Shown here: positions 10,641 through 24,311 of the stretch, one piece after another
How positions within the stretch are numbered: position 1 is the first letter of the stretch
Layout: every line of letters starts with the position of its first letter
DNA from: Dicyema japonicum
Taxonomy: Eukaryota; Animalia; Dicyemida
Direction of reading: 5' to 3'
Assembly (NCBI GenBank): GCA_011109175.1
Contig: RDEW01000079.1
Location: forward strand, 1 to 64,000
Length of the DNA stretch: 64,000 nt
Program-made: the position numbers and the translations under genes
Notes under the pieces: generated by a model
Databases searched by the model: none
Seen by the model: the letters and a program-made list of their open reading frames with translations, nothing else
What the model was told of the DNA's origin: nothing

Positions 10641-12096
10641 TTGTTATTTGCTAGTCCAGGATATTTGGTATTGTAAGGAATTTATAAACTGGTTGTATAG
10701 TCTTGATAACACAATATGAGCCTGAGGTCCTTGGTGTTTAAGGTGGATAGCACAGACACCGTCGGAGCCACAGGCTCGGGTTGGCCGTAAACTTTAATAG
10801 TTCTTTCCTTGGTGTAGGGAGTAAAGAACGTCGTATATTTCGACTGTTGTGGACCATCTCGTTTGACATGCAGAGATCGAGAGAAATCCTTGTGGCTGAT
10901 CGACACACGAGTTTCCATGCATGTTCCGAGGCAAGAATAACGGTTTTCACTCCACCGCCATCTTCCTTTGTGAGGCTGTTGATACTCTTTAGTGTCTTCC
11001 AGAAAGTTCCACACGAGTTCTTGTGGCATCGTCGACCAACCACTTGTGTCTGTGATCATCACGGATTAGTTGGGAAATTCTGCGATTTAAAGAGCGTATG
11101 GACGATATATTCCGGTTTTCTTCAAAGAGTCCCGTTTCTTGATAGATGAAACTATAAACAATATGCATTATCGTTTTCAAAAATGGCCTGGGACGAGATA
11201 AATGAGAATACGGATTCGAAACACGACCTTNCACTCCACCGCCGTCTTCCTTTGTGAGGCTGTTGATACTCTTTAGTGTCTTCCAGAAAGTTCCACACGA
11301 GTTCTTGTGTCATCGTCGACCAACCACTTGTGTCTGTGATCATCACGGATTAGTTGGGAAATTCTGCGATTTAGAGAGCGTATGGACGATATATTCCGGT
11401 TTTCTTCAAAGAGTCCGGTTTTTTGATAGATGAAACTATAAAGGGTTAACAATATGCATTATCGTGTTCAAAAATGGCCTGGGACGAAATAAATCAGAAT
11501 TCGAATTCGAAACACGACCTTCATATCTAATTTCATCAGTCGTTGAGTCAGAAAACCTATATTAAAGTAGATATAGTAAATTAGCACAACACTGACAGAT
11601 TTCTTTATCAAAATAAAAATCTAATAATTTATCTTGTTTTTAATATATATTATGTCGCGAGCCACAGCAATTACCGAGCCACAGTGGTTACCTTTTACAG
11701 CTGAAATCAATGTCAATAATTGTCAAAAAATAATCAATTATTTCAAAGAAAACATTAACTAATTATTGATATCCTTTTAAGGTTTAGAATGCACCTTCTT
11801 CACAATTCCCTCACTATCTTTAACGTTGACAAAATTGTTAGAAAATTTTGCAACATTAGTGACAGCATCTACGTAGGGATGTTCAAACCGTTGCATACGA
11901 AGTGAAGGATTAGTTCCATAGTCCTTCTGAATACGAACCTTTTAAGTAATTATAAATTGAATGCACAATCTCCAATGTTAAATTCATATTTCGATCGATT
12001 CACTCTCATCTTTTTATTAATCCTTTTATATAATAAGGAGAATTCTAGTCTACCCGAGGTTAAAATAATTTTAATTTTATAATTTTAAATAAGGTT

Positions 12097-15000
12097 ATTA
12101 TTATTATTAACCCCAGGCTTACCATTGTAAGCCCAGCACAAACAGTCATAACTAACTAATCCAAGGAAGGAACCAAAGGGAGAACATCTGCTTGTGCCGA
12201 CCAAATCCATCTTCCAATACTTCATTACAGGCTTCCGCTTCCGAAGAGAGGTGGAGAAGTAGGTCCGCCCTCTTCCATTTTTGTCCCACGTCCTACCGTC
12301 GCGGACATCACTTCATTCTTTAGCGGAATAGTTTTCATAATGCGATCTTCATCAGAGGATTTGGTCAGGGAGAAAGGTTATTATTTTATTATTTAAGCAC
12401 TTCACAAGAGCCATACTAATTATAGTGCTCCCCTGTTCCTAGCCAAGGCTCTCATGCTGTCCAGGTCGTCGGCATTTGTTAGATTTTTTTTATACTGATC
12501 AGGTCTTTTTGTAAGACTATTGGCAGTGTTGTTCTTGGTCTTCCCCGATAGCGGCCTTCTTGACTAACATAGTATGTTTCCATAGATATGTTCGGTGGGG
12601 AAGTTAATTCCATCCTCAGCACGTGTCCGAAGAGCCTCCATCGGGATTCCAGTACTTCTAAGCTGATAGGTCTAGTGCTGCATCTCTTATATAAAGCATT
12701 CCTAGATATTCTCGTAGGCCAAGTAATTCCTGTTATTTTTCTCAGCTGACCTCTGTGGAACGAGTCTAGTTTTTTCATATCCGCTGATGAGGTCGCCCAA
12801 GTTCCAGCGTTATATAAAAGTACGGGTTTTATGAATGAGTCGTATAGTAGGATTCTCATTTTCGTGTCGATGCCTTTTTGATTGAGCCATAAATTCTTCA
12901 GTTTATATAACGCAGCATTGGCTAGAGTTTTCCTACGTAAAATATCTTCGCTATCTCCCATAAGTGAACCGAGCTTCTTTACTTGTCGCCACTTCTCTTC
13001 TAGGACGTTACTCATCCTTCTTATCTCTGTGAGTTCTGTTTTTTCTCTGTTCACAGTAAAAAACCATTTCCCTAGTACATCTGGTGCTTTTTCTAATGGG
13101 TTTTCCAAGACCTCTTTGTCTTCAGAAATTAGGTCTACATCGTCCGCGTAGATTACTTCTTCCGTCTTTCCTTGGTATGACGGTCTAAGTTCCCTCATAG
13201 CGGCTTCCAAATAAATTGTGAATAGTAGAGGAGAAAGAGAGTCTCTTTGTGGAGTGCCCGTATTTGTTTCAAATTTTCTTGANNNNNNNNNNNNNNNNNN
13301 NNNNNNNNNNNNNNNNCAGAAATTAGGTCTACATCGTCCGCGTAGATTACTTCTTCCGTCTTTCCTTGGTATGACGGTCTAAGTTCCCTCATAGCGGCTT
13401 CCAAATAAATTGTGAATAGTAGAGGAGAAAGAGAGTCTCTTTGTGGAGTGCCCGTATTTGTTTCAAATTTTCTTGAATAGGTTTTTCCGACTCTCACAAG
13501 GAGTGTTAGAAAGTAGAATTCGGATCATCCTTAGACTCGATTCATCAAGAAATCCGCCCAGTACCCCCATTAATTTGTTCCTGTTAACCGTATCAAAAGC
13601 TCTTGATAGATCAATTCCCAAAATATTGGTGGCGTTACGGTATCTTTGATATGTTGCACACCTCCATCTGTGACTCCAGACCGCATCAGCTGTGGATCTC
13701 CCTTCTCGAAAACCACTTTGACTATCTGGTAGGTATTTGTAAGCAGGTCCTTTTATTCGTTCAAGCACAGTGTTTGCCAAGACTTTGCGTAATGAATTTA
13801 GTAGTATGATGGGTCGCAAATTTTCGAGCGGTCCTCTGTTTTTGTTAGTTTTTTGTATGGGGATTAGTAGTCCCGTACCCAGAGGTAGAGTTGAGTTAGT
13901 TGAAAACATTTCATTTAGTAGTGTAGCGATTTTTTCAAAAAGGAGGTCAGGGCCGTATTTCAGTAGTTCTGGGTTTATCGCATCTGGTCCGGGGCTTCTG
14001 TTATTCTTGAGTTTTCGGCAGGCCGTTTTGATTTCCTCGGCCGTGATTGGTATCTTAAGGGGTCTTGGCCTTCCATCAAATGGGTGGATTTCTATGGTTT
14101 TGATGTTGAAAAGCTTCTCAAAGTGAACCGCGATGGCTTCAGTTTGTTCTTTGGTCTTCAGTATCAGCTTACCGTTCTCGTCTTTTATGGTTAGTCGACT
14201 TCGGTTTGTTCGCCGCAGCAAACGGGCAGCGACGTACACCTGTGCGTTGTCTTTCACTTTGTTTACTTCTTCTATACAGGAGGCTATTTCTTCTATGAAA
14301 AGCTTCTTGTTCAGACCCTTTATTTTTCTTCTGACACGTTGTCTTTCGCCTTGAAGGGCTTTTATCGCATTAGTGTCAGTGGCATTTGATTTTCTCATAT
14401 TTATTTCTTTTAGACTTTTCGCAAGCTCGGGAACATCTGGATGAATAGCCTTCAGGTGCATTTTACTATTCTCCCTTTTGCCAAGACATGCTTCAGCAGC
14501 TTCGTTGATGGTGTCCTTTGTGCGTTTCCAGGCGTCTTCTAGCGTGGTATCCACCAATACGTCCTGCAAATTAGTCTGAATGTATTGTTGATATCTCTCA
14601 GTAATCTCCGGTTGAGAAATCAGCCTTTCAGTCGCGTAGTCGCCTCTGATTTTTTCAAATTCGTGATTTTTTGCATTCCTGTATTTAGTGGCATGTTTTT
14701 TCAGGGTGAAGGTCGCAATAACCATCTTGTGGTCGCTGACAGTCGTCGAACCTTCATATGAACGTGCGTTTACTAGTAGGTGTTTGTCTTTAGCCCGGCA
14801 TATGACATAATCGATTTGGTTGTATATTGGAACCAGCTTTCCTTCTGAGTTCCTTCGCTTCCCCATCCACGTAGTTTTGTGGCAGGCAGGATGCGTAAAT
14901 GCAGTATTGCATAGGAAAAGGTTGTTTGCCATACAAAAGTGACCAAGTATTGTCCCGGGTAAATTTCTTATTCCACGTCCATGTTCTCCCAAGAAAACAT

Positions 15001-15584
15001 CATCCGGGTTATTCTTCATCCCGACTTTTGCATTCAAATCACCAGCAATGAGTATTAGTGATGACGACTCATATTCGTTGTACGTCCGTAACAGTGTTGA
15101 ATAGAAGTCGTCTAGTTCTGTCGGATCTTTCGCTACTCTCCCGCAGTGTGGCGCATAAACATTTACAATTGTCAGAAAGCTCTTCGAAGGAGGTAAGTCG
15201 TTTAGCCGGATTTGTATAACACAGATCCTTTCATTCACACTCCATATAAGGTGGACTGCACTTGTCAACTTTGAGTGGATGGCAAATCCAAGTCCATAAT
15301 GTTTTGAGTCGCTCGGCTGACATATAATTCGATATTCGCCAAAGTTCTCATCAAGGCTACAAGTAACTTTCGTCTCTTGTAGGCACCCAATAGATACGTC
15401 GTATCTCTCCAGGTCGTCACAGAGAATCTTCCTCGACCAGGTAGTAGATAAGCCTCTAGCATTGAACGTAAGGACTTTTAGACGAGATGCATCCCTTTGT
15501 ATCCCTTGCTTTTTAGACATTTTTCTCAATTGCGATCCAATCAAGAAACGAGGCACGTCACCACCTCACCAAAAAAAAGAAAGG
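12097..15584 (-). mobile_element. Near-complete RTE-clade non-LTR retrotransposon (APE plus RT, single ORF)
   Basis: APE motifs TFNARGL, LQETK, NVYAP, GDLNAKVG, QIDYV, SDH; RT motifs SPGPD, RPIILL, QSGFR, DLSRAFD, PQRD, YADD. (TAA)n tail near 12097-12110; 12-bp TSD TTAAATAAGGTT at 12085-12096 and 15585-15596. The ORF is broken only at the gap overlap near 13283-13316. Confidence 0.92.
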
Positions 15585-15751
15585 TTAAATAAGGTTAAAA
15601 TAATTTCAACCCTATAATTTTAAATTTTAACCTAATAATTTTGTTTAATATACATTTTATAATAAAATATAGTTAAAAATCATTTTAATGATTATTTATT
15701 TACTATTAGTAAATTTTAACTTTTTTAAGTTCGCCCTAGTCATGAGTTAAA

Positions 15752-16107
15752 AATTTTTTTTTTATTGATAATTAATTTTTTTAACAATTAAACAAATGTA
15801 AGTTGAGGAAGCCTGCTGCGTGGATTGCGAACGAGTTCCCTCAGAGTATGGCTATTCCAATCTTTTGTCTTAGCCATAACCCTTCTCGTTGATCCCTTTT
15901 CTTTCTGGCAAGCAATCCTCCGAGTTCTTGCAAGAATTCAGCCGTCATTGGACCAACGGCTCCCGATGATTCGGTCGCAACAGGAGTAAATCGGTAGCGA
16001 TCCCCGAGGCAAGAATATTTCTTGATTTTTAGGTTTTCCGCAGTCGAAGCAGCTGCTCCAGGTGTCTGAACAGATTTAAAATGTTCGTGCTTGAAAACGT
16101 GTCTATG
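15752..16107 (-). mobile_element. 5'-truncated CRE-clade retrotransposon (RLE C-terminus)
   Basis: KIKKYSCLGDRYRFTPVATESSGAVG...WLRQKIGIAIL.GN, A-rich tail; 16-bp TSD CTAGTCATGAGTTAAA at 15736-15751 and 16108-16123. Confidence 0.85.
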
Positions 16108-16257
16108 CTAGTCATGAGTTAAATTATATATAAATTTATTAAAAATGTCATTTTTGCCATTTTTTGATTTTAAATGCCATAATTTCTTTATGTCGTTTTT
16201 GCCATTTTTTGATTTTTTTTTCATAAATGACATTTTTTACTTTTAATTAATTATTTG

Positions 16258-16400
16258 GACCGCTGAGACGGAAAAAGAACGGATGGGCTAACAATCTTTC
16301 CGTTCTCTGAGAGAAAATCGCTAATATGGAACTGTACTTGTGTGGATTCTTTTTCGAACACGATGATGCTCAGTTCGGTGCAGTCTGCTGGATCGGATAT
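16258..16400 (+). mobile_element. CRE RLE-domain fragment
   Basis: DGKRTDGLTIFPFSERKSLIWNCTCVDSF. Confidence 0.7.
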
Positions 16401-16535
16401 TTAAATACTTTTATTAAGAAAATAATAATAATAAGAGAGTAAACTGCTATATAGCGACTGCCTTGACTGCGTGGCTATTCCCTCTCAGGATAGCGAGCGA
16501 GATTCGCTCAAATAACCAACAGCGCTCACGAGGGT
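16401..16535 (-). mobile_element. CRE 3'-end fragment
   Basis: RERCWLFERISLAILRGNSHAV followed by an AT-rich tail. Confidence 0.7.
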
Positions 16536-17564
16536 AATATTTATATTATGAGAAAATATTTTATTTTGGGAAGAAAAGAGTAAATAGTTTATATTATTCA
16601 TTTTAGATTCCATATGCCATTTTTAGAAATTTTATTTGCCATAAAAAATGGGACAATTTATTATCCTACGTAAACGACTTAATAATTGCAACGCGTAATC
16701 GATTGAAGCAAATTGTAACCGCTAAACAGGGGATAAATAATACATCGATTAAGAATTTAATTGTTTATAACAAAATATATCTAGTTCCTACTATCCCAGA
16801 GGCAGAGACCTTCTAGTATCATAAATTTCCATTCAGAATAAAAGGAAAAGGAAAGAAACTTATTGCAATCGTGGGAACCCCTTCGAGTACCTAATGGAGA
16901 GATCGGGTGCGCTGTTTATCGTACGTGGACCTTGCAAGTTTTCCGAACATACTGGANCATGTTTTGGTAACCAATAAATATGGATTTTCCTTCACTATTT
17001 GATTTTTTTGATATTTAATGAAACAAATTTATCAAATTTTCAGCATTTTTGTAAAATATACATTTTTAATGAAAATTTGATTTTTTTCTCAATATACATA
17101 TATTTTGGATTTTTATCAATATATCGATTTTTTGTTCTTGTTAATTGCTGTACAGTAGCTATCATCAAATCAATTTCCAGATAAGAGTCTCTTATTTTCT
17201 CTCAACAATTGTGTAATAGATGAACGGCTCATGTGACATGGAATAACTTGGGGTGAAGATTTTTAAGTATTTTGCTAGCTAAACATAAAATTTTACCTGA
17301 TTTCATATATTTTGCAGCATCCGAAATTAACAAAAGGAAAGGTTAAAATAATTTTAACTTCTTTTTAACCTAATAATTTTTTCAATATACATTTACAATA
17401 AAATATAGTTAAAAATTTATTTTAATGATTTTTTATTTACTATTATTAAATTTTAACCTTTTTAACTTAGTTCCCTAATAATGAGACAACACTATTTAAA
17501 TTAAAAATTTCATCTTTTTTCAAAATCTACCTGAAGACACTCATCACTGATGAATGCTCTCAAC

Positions 17565-18612
17565 TTTCAGGTTTAAAGTTGGTCTTACTAAAAGCAAAGT
17601 GGAACAATAAAATTATTTAATAAACCAAGTCATCATTATTTAACTCCTATGGAACCAACCTCTGAATTCTAGCAATTACGGTGTTGCATAGAGATGGAGT
17701 GATTATGCATATGAGTTAATCATACTTTCTTCTAACTTTTGAAGTCGAAACTCTGTAGTTGACAAAGCTTCTTGTCTCACACCATAAAATATTTTTCATG
17801 TCTGTAGCGATGTGTCTATTTACATCAGCTTTGAAAACTGACCAAATATTCTCAATTGGTTGAGCATAGGGCTATAGGGACCCAATCTTAAAATTTTATT
17901 TCCGATAAATTCATTATCTCTGACAATTTCTTCAATTCCTGAATGGCATGGAGCATTGTCTACTACTAGTACTACTGGGAAGTTGTATGCTTCCCTGGCA
18001 TTTCGTAGACAAATTCTCACTCATTCATGGCGGATTCTTTATTAATGATCCACGTTTGAATTCATAATGTAACAATCCAACAACCAATGAAATGTACATT
18101 GGCATTTCGCGAACTTGTTGCAACGACATTAGCACCTTTTTCCTTTTTTTGAACGACCCTTTTTACGGGATACGTGCGTGTTGAGATTTGTTTCATCCAT
18201 AAGTAATATCGGAATTTGCTCTGATTGATATTCAAATAATGAAGTAATAAAATTTTTTCTTTATTTAATAACACAATAATCTTTATGTTGATCGATAAAT
18301 TTTTTTGCTTTTGATCCTTCCAGGTTTGTCCTTGTTTTTCAACCAACGATGAGTAGTAGTTTCCGGAACATCGAGAGATTTTGCAAGTTCCCTCCAGTCA
18401 CCATCTCCCTCATAGGCCCCGATACGAATAAAAAATTAAATATTTGCACAGAGTTGCAATATATATAGTCTTAGTCACTTTTGTTAGTCTTAGTGCTTAG
18501 TCACTTTTGCAATTGCAGTTAATCTTAGCTCTATAACAAAAAATAATTTTTGTTCCACTTTGATTTTGTAAGAACCACTTTAATTTTTGTAAGAACCACT
18601 TTAAACCTGAAA
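17565..18612 (-). mobile_element. IS630/Tc1-like (DDE_3) element, internally deleted, with TIRs
   Basis: VVLVVDNAPCH...RLGPYSPMLN; inverted ends TTTCAGGTTTAAAGT..TCTTAC...AAAGTGGAACA at 17565 and 18612. Confidence 0.75.
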
Positions 18613-18926
18613 TGGTATAGAATCACTATAAAACTTTTCCTTCGGATATCTGTTTCATCAATTATTATAAAAATCTTTTCGTTTCTAAAAGTTAACAATA
18701 AATTTTAATACGTTAATAATTTTGTCAACTCATTCATCTTTTTTTCTGCAAGAACCTTAACCGTAGTTCTGCATGAAAATTCGGACGGAATGTTTTTTTT
18801 AATTTTTTAAACATTTTTGATAGAATCATTATTTAAAATGTATTGTAGGATGTTTGCTTGTTTTGTTATATTCGGTAGGAGAGCAAATTCCTAAACTTTT
18901 CTTCCATACTTTTCGTATACCTAATA

Positions 18927-19720
18927 CAGTCGAACCCCGCTCCAATAAAACCCCCGCCTTGGGGCACCCTCGCTTTTTGGGGCGATTTTATTTTTAGTAC
19001 ATTTTCTCAAAATTTCTATTGAAACAAAAATTAAAATTGCAAAGTGTCTACAAACTTCTTCTGAAAGAGAAGTTGCAAAAAATTCAAGATAAGCAAAGAC
19101 ACTATTTCCCGAATCAAAAAAAAACATTTTTTCTGTCATTAATACCGGATCAGTCATTTCAAGATTAGTTCAAATAGATGAAGTTGAACCAGTTTCTAAT
19201 GAAGTCAATCAATTTGAAAAACTTGACGAATTAACTTTTATGTTTTTCGTCGTTTGAGGATGATTCCTATTCTATTTCGGGTACTTTAATAAAAGCCATC
19301 GCGAAAAAAATATCGACAAAATTGAATTATTCAACATCTTTTAAAGCTCTAACGGTTGGTTAGACAGATTTAAGAAAAGACATGTGGTGAAAAAAAATTT
19401 GTGGTGAAAAAAAATTCTGCAGATAAAAGTAATTTGGCAAATTTTTTCTTTCAATTCGATAATTTGTTGAAAACTTATGGTCATGAAAATATTTTTAACT
19501 GTGATGAAACATCTTTGTATGTTAAACAATTTCCTTAAAGATCTTATGTCGAATCTATAGAAACATCTCATGGTACAAAATTCAGTAAAAAAGAGTAACA
19601 GTTCTCCTTTGCTGTAATGCAGCAGAAAATGAATTAAGACCCCTCGTTATTGGAAAATACAAATCACCTCGTTGTATGAAAAGTTTGCTTAATTATATTT
19701 TAACATAGATTTTGATTGTG
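18927..19720 (+). mobile_element. Tigger/pogo transposon, 5' part, decayed
   Basis: TA|CAGTCGAACCCCGC terminus; KASNGWLDRFKKRH, NIFNCDET, VTVLLCCNA, PLVIGKYKSPRC. Confidence 0.8.
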
Positions 19721-20379
19721 AAAAATACGTTATTTTATATGCAGCGTCAAAAAATTCCTGGATGCAATTTTTTTTCATTTTTCGATTGTATTTTTATTTT
19801 TAATTCTGGAGTGGCTGATAGTAAATTACTTATATCAAAATAGTCTTTTAACTGCCTCTAGAAAGCTTACTGAAATTATTTTATCAATTTTAGCCGAAAA
19901 TACAAAAGTTTTAAAATTATTGCAATTTTGTAGTTTAAAAAAATTTTAACATTTTTAAGACAAGAAAACGGAAAATTATTGCAGACAGAGATAAGATGTC
20001 AAGAGACAAAGAATGAAGGAATACAAGAAAATTGGGCTTGTGCTTGAAATTAAAACTTAAGAAACAGAAAAGGATTATCTATAATCGTATTCAAAATAGT
20101 GCAAAATATCTTGCCGAATACAAAATGTTTACCAAAATACGGTAAGTGACCACACTACCTTCATAGTGCCTGTCTTATTAGACAACGCTGCCACAAATGA
20201 AAAAAGACACCAGAAACGCTGTTGGTTCACAAGCGGAGCATTCGAAGAGAATTCGAGAGATGTTGGAGGCTAAAATCACTTAATTTAGCAAATTAATTTT
20301 TTCTTTTTTGGTGGTATTGTGGTTTTAAAATAATAATAATCAAAAGGATATTTCCTACACTGATGCAAAATATGTCCAC

Positions 20380-20720
20380 TTTCCCCATTTCGTTCATGCA
20401 CCAAAGAGTTCAGGTTCTCACTGCTAGATGTTCACAATTCCAACAACCTGTTATTATGGGGAGACCGGAACGCAAAGCATCCGATGCGGTTCAAGATGGC
20501 CAGGGGAATCCACTTATTATCAAACCCGAATAATCTAGTGATTTTAAACACCCTATATACAATACAAGGACTCCTTACAGAGCAAACGACATGGAATCCT
20601 CGCCTGACCTTATGATTCTTCCTCTAGAATCTCCACTCTATCCAAGTGGTCAGTGATTTACGAAATAACAGTGGCCATATTAATATTCTCAATACGTTCA
20701 AAAGAAGAGCATCCATTGAA
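20380..20720 (+). mobile_element. Decayed APE endonuclease remnant of a LINE
   Basis: LLLWGDRNAKHPM and ESSPDLMI motifs. Confidence 0.5.
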
Positions 20721-20989
20721 AGGAAACCCTATTATTCACTGACAACAAAAATGTCGATTGGAGAAAGTTTTGATACTTCGTCGACTATTACTTATTTTGT
20801 TTCAACGCAGATGACTTCAAACTCTGAAAAGTCATGAATAGTGATCTTTACCTCAAATTGAAGACTAACTCTTAACAACAACAGCGATTTATTAACAAAA
20901 AAGTTAAGGAGTTTTCTGGAAGTATTACATCGGAGTCCTACCATAAGAGGAAGAGACGCCTTCCTCCTTTTATTTAATTATTTTTTTTC

Positions 20990-21560
20990 AGGACGTATCT
21001 CCCAGCTTTATATACGTGTCCTGGATCTTTGATCTCGTCTTGAAAACTATTGATCCGATCCTCCACAATCCCTGCTAATCGTTCTAAGAGCTTGTTTTCG
21101 TCCTCGCTTAGACAGTCTTTCAATTTCTGTTTAAGAAGAGTTTAATTCCAGCTCTTCTAGTGTTCTATAGGAGGGATAAGATCTTCTCCCTCTTCGAAGA
21201 GAAGAACCACTCCTCGCACCCATAAAGTAGGCTAGGAAGAATTACTCCTTTGAAGATGAACAGGTAGCGCTAACGTGTAACTTCGTGTACATAGGACGAC
21301 TGAAAGGCTCTCATTCTCCATTTCGGTTCATGAAATCTCTCCTGCATGTCCATAGTCGACCCCAGGTAGCGCAGACTGTGAATTGTTTACTCCCAATGTG
21401 TATTCTTGTTTCAGCTGCTTTTTATATTGCTTATTCGGAGTACGCAAGATTTTTAGGCAGAGAATTTAGCCCTCTCAAGTTGCACCAATACTCAATCTGG
21501 TCCACATAAACTTTATATCCACAAATGCAAAGCATCTGGCTGGGATCACCAGTTCGATAG
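20990..21560 (-). mobile_element. Decayed RT C-terminal remnant (RTE-like)
   Basis: VDQIEY.. and PSLLYGCEEW motifs, with stops. Confidence 0.35.
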
Positions 21561-21764
21561 CACCCAGAGGGATTTCTTGAGAAAAAGTCCTTGTGGACAC
21601 TCAATAATATGAATAAATCATAGTACATATATTATTGAAGCACATCCTGAAAAAATATTGTTAAAATATAGTTTTGAATATGAAATAAAATAGTCTAACA
21701 AATACTAATAAACAAAACTCAAAAATGAACAACGGACGTTAAAAACGTTTATTTATTCAATAAT

Positions 21765-22430
21765 AATTATTATTAACCCAAGAACACCAATAGTTAATTT
21801 AACTACTAAATTAATTAAGTGATCTCGAAGGCCTCAATCTGAATTCTCATTTTCTCCTCGTGCGCCTTCTGGGATCCAACACAACTTCTCTGTGGGCGGG
21901 GTAGTTTCGGGAATAGGAATTGGATAGGGGTGATGTATACCCTTCTCATAAGACACGTCGTGGCTGTGTATTGTTGAGAGTTGCACTGCTTGCAAAGGGT
22001 AGCAAATCCCTTTCCATTTTGTCTGATAAGGTCTTCAAGTGATGAGGGTATTAGTTATTCTAGTTTCCGAGATTACTAATAGTAGTGGCTGTTAAGGCCT
22101 GAATGTCCAGATTTTTTGTTTGTTCGTCCAGGACAGATTGATTCCCTTGACGTAATGGCATAGCTGACAGATGGATGAATGAATTGTTTGTACAACAATT
22201 TCAAAGCTGGAAAGGGGTTTTAATGCCACCGAAAATAGTTTTGATTATTCCTAGCTTTCTTGAGCAGCTTCCAGAGACAGCGTCGACGTGAGATGAAAAA
22301 AACATGTGTGTGTCGAAGGTGATCCCCAAGATTATCAGTTTCGTCGTGAAAGGTATTTTTGTCTGGTTGATAAATATATCCACTGTCATTTGTCCAAGTC
22401 GTTTGTCTGAGGTAAATAAAAACGAAAAAG
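21765..22430 (-). mobile_element. Ingi/Vingi-like LINE 3' fragment
   Basis: IILGITFDTHMFFSSHVD...LYKQFIHP; CxxC remnant; 3' end as at 900-1000 with a TAA-rich tail. Confidence 0.7.
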
Positions 22431-22447
22431 ATTTTTTAGCAGATATA

Positions 22448-24311
22448 CAGTACGACCCGACTTGCGGGGAAACCCTCTTTTTGGGGAAATATTTTTGCCA
22501 TCCCTATAAAATAGGATGATTTTTAAATAAATAAACCCTTTACTGGGGAAAATTTTTTATAAATTTAATATTTATTATTATTTATTTATTCTAACCTGTT
22601 TTACCAAATTTATTATCGATAATTTTGAAATTTATTTAAGTTAAGTTTGACTTAACCAATTAATCCGGTAAGGAATTGTAATTATCAATTTTTAAATTAT
22701 TCTATAAATTTTAGAAAGCGAATGTTTGGAAAACTAATCAAAGTGAAAAAATCAGAATTTGCAAGGATATACAGTCAGGTCTCTATAAGGATAAAAAGAT
22801 TTGTGAAAGATTTAACATCTCTAAAGGAATGCTATGCCGACTAAAAAGAAAAGGGAAGGAATCCTAGCTTAAGGCTTCTCAACATCCGAAGGGACAATTG
22901 GATACGAATTGAATGCCCAAGTTTACGAGATTTTTCGTAATCTCAGGTCGAAAGGTTTCCCAATCAATGGGCCAACCTTAAAGCTAATTGCACGTAAAAT
23001 TGCATATAAATATTCAAATCAAGATTTCATTGCTTCCGCGAACGACGCTGGCTGTTTGAGTTAATTTCGCTCGCAATTCTGAGAGGGAACAGCCACGCAG
23101 TGAGCGGCAGCTAACTGATGTTTTGTTTTTTTATTTGATTTATAAAATCTTTATTAAAAAAAAAGCAATTCGAAATAAAATTCAGAATATTACATGCCGA
23201 ATCACAATCAGCTGATAAAGGAGGTGCGGAAAACTTCCGATCGACTTTCAATGGTTTGCTTGAAAATATGAAGAAAGAATTTTCAATTGTGATGAAACTA
23301 CATTATTTTATAAAGCCATTTCCGAAAAGAGTTTGTTGAAAGAAATGAGTCACACAGCGACATAAATAAAAATGAACTCCTTTGTGTTGCAGTTACAGAG
23401 GAGAAAAATATAAAACGCTAACAATTGGGCGTGCCAAGTCACCAATATTATTAAAAAGTGTGAATCTGAAAGAAATCGGCATTGAATATTATTCTTCATG
23501 CAAAGCCTGGATGACAAAAAATATTTTTGAAAATTGGTTATTTCGATTTAACGAGGAAATGAGGGAGAAAAGAAGAAAAATAGCATTGTTATTTGACAAT
23601 GCAACATGTCATGCTGTTTCTGCCCAATTTTCAAACGTCAATGTAATATTTTTTCCAAAAAACACAACTTCCTTAATTCAGTCACGTGACCAAGGGATGA
23701 CACAGACATTTAAGAATCATTTCAATAATTGGATGATGAAAACGATTATCTATGATAAAAATCCTGTAGCTCAAATAGATGAAGCAATAAAGGGAATTAC
23801 AATATTGGATGCTATTTTATGTTCGAAATCGGCATGGGGCGAGATTACAAAACTTCAATACGACAATGCTTTGAAAATGCATGGAATATGAATATCGGAA
23901 AAAGAAAACACCAGAGAAAGTCTGATTGATTCGGATATTGTGGAAAATGCGATTTTGGAGAGCTTCTGGGGTGATAATAGTAGTGATGAAGAGGATTGCA
24001 GCGAACAATTTCTGGAACATTTGGATGATTAATAAACTATAAACAATCGGAATGCGCATTCACAATGCTGCTAAATGTTATTAAGAAGAGACTTCGGAAA
24101 ATGTCCTTGATCTATGCAGATTCAAAGCAAATATTTTGAGTTCGATGCGAAAAAAACAAAACACTCGATTAAAATTAACAGATTTTTTATTAAAAAATAA
24201 AATTATAATTTCTGTCTTGGTTATATTATTAAGGTTAATATCGAACAGGAGAGACCCAAATTTTGGAAAAAACCTCAAAAGGAATATTTTCCCCAATTCG
24301 GGGTCGCACTG
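22448..24311 (+). mobile_element. Tigger/pogo transposon, full extent, decayed
   Basis: TIRs CAGTACGACCCGACTTG / CAGTGCGACCCGAATTG with TA on both sides; IFNCDET-like region, AWMTKNIFENWL, LLFDNATCH, DQG. Confidence 0.88.
23040..23165 (+). mobile_element. CRE 3'-end fragment nested in the Tigger transposase
   Basis: ERRWLFELISLAILRGNSHAVSGS* plus A-rich tail, interrupting the FIAS..motif. Confidence 0.7.

Noticed and set aside
12300-12365. CUGAUGA...GAAA hammerhead-like core in the RTE 3' UTR (similar heptamers near 7624, 11535, 17548)
   Set aside because: No convincing stem II or stems I/III pairing by inspection.
20223-20270. SGAFEENSRD as a third 2A motif
   Set aside because: Lacks the invariant D and NPGP and is followed by a stop; too degenerate.
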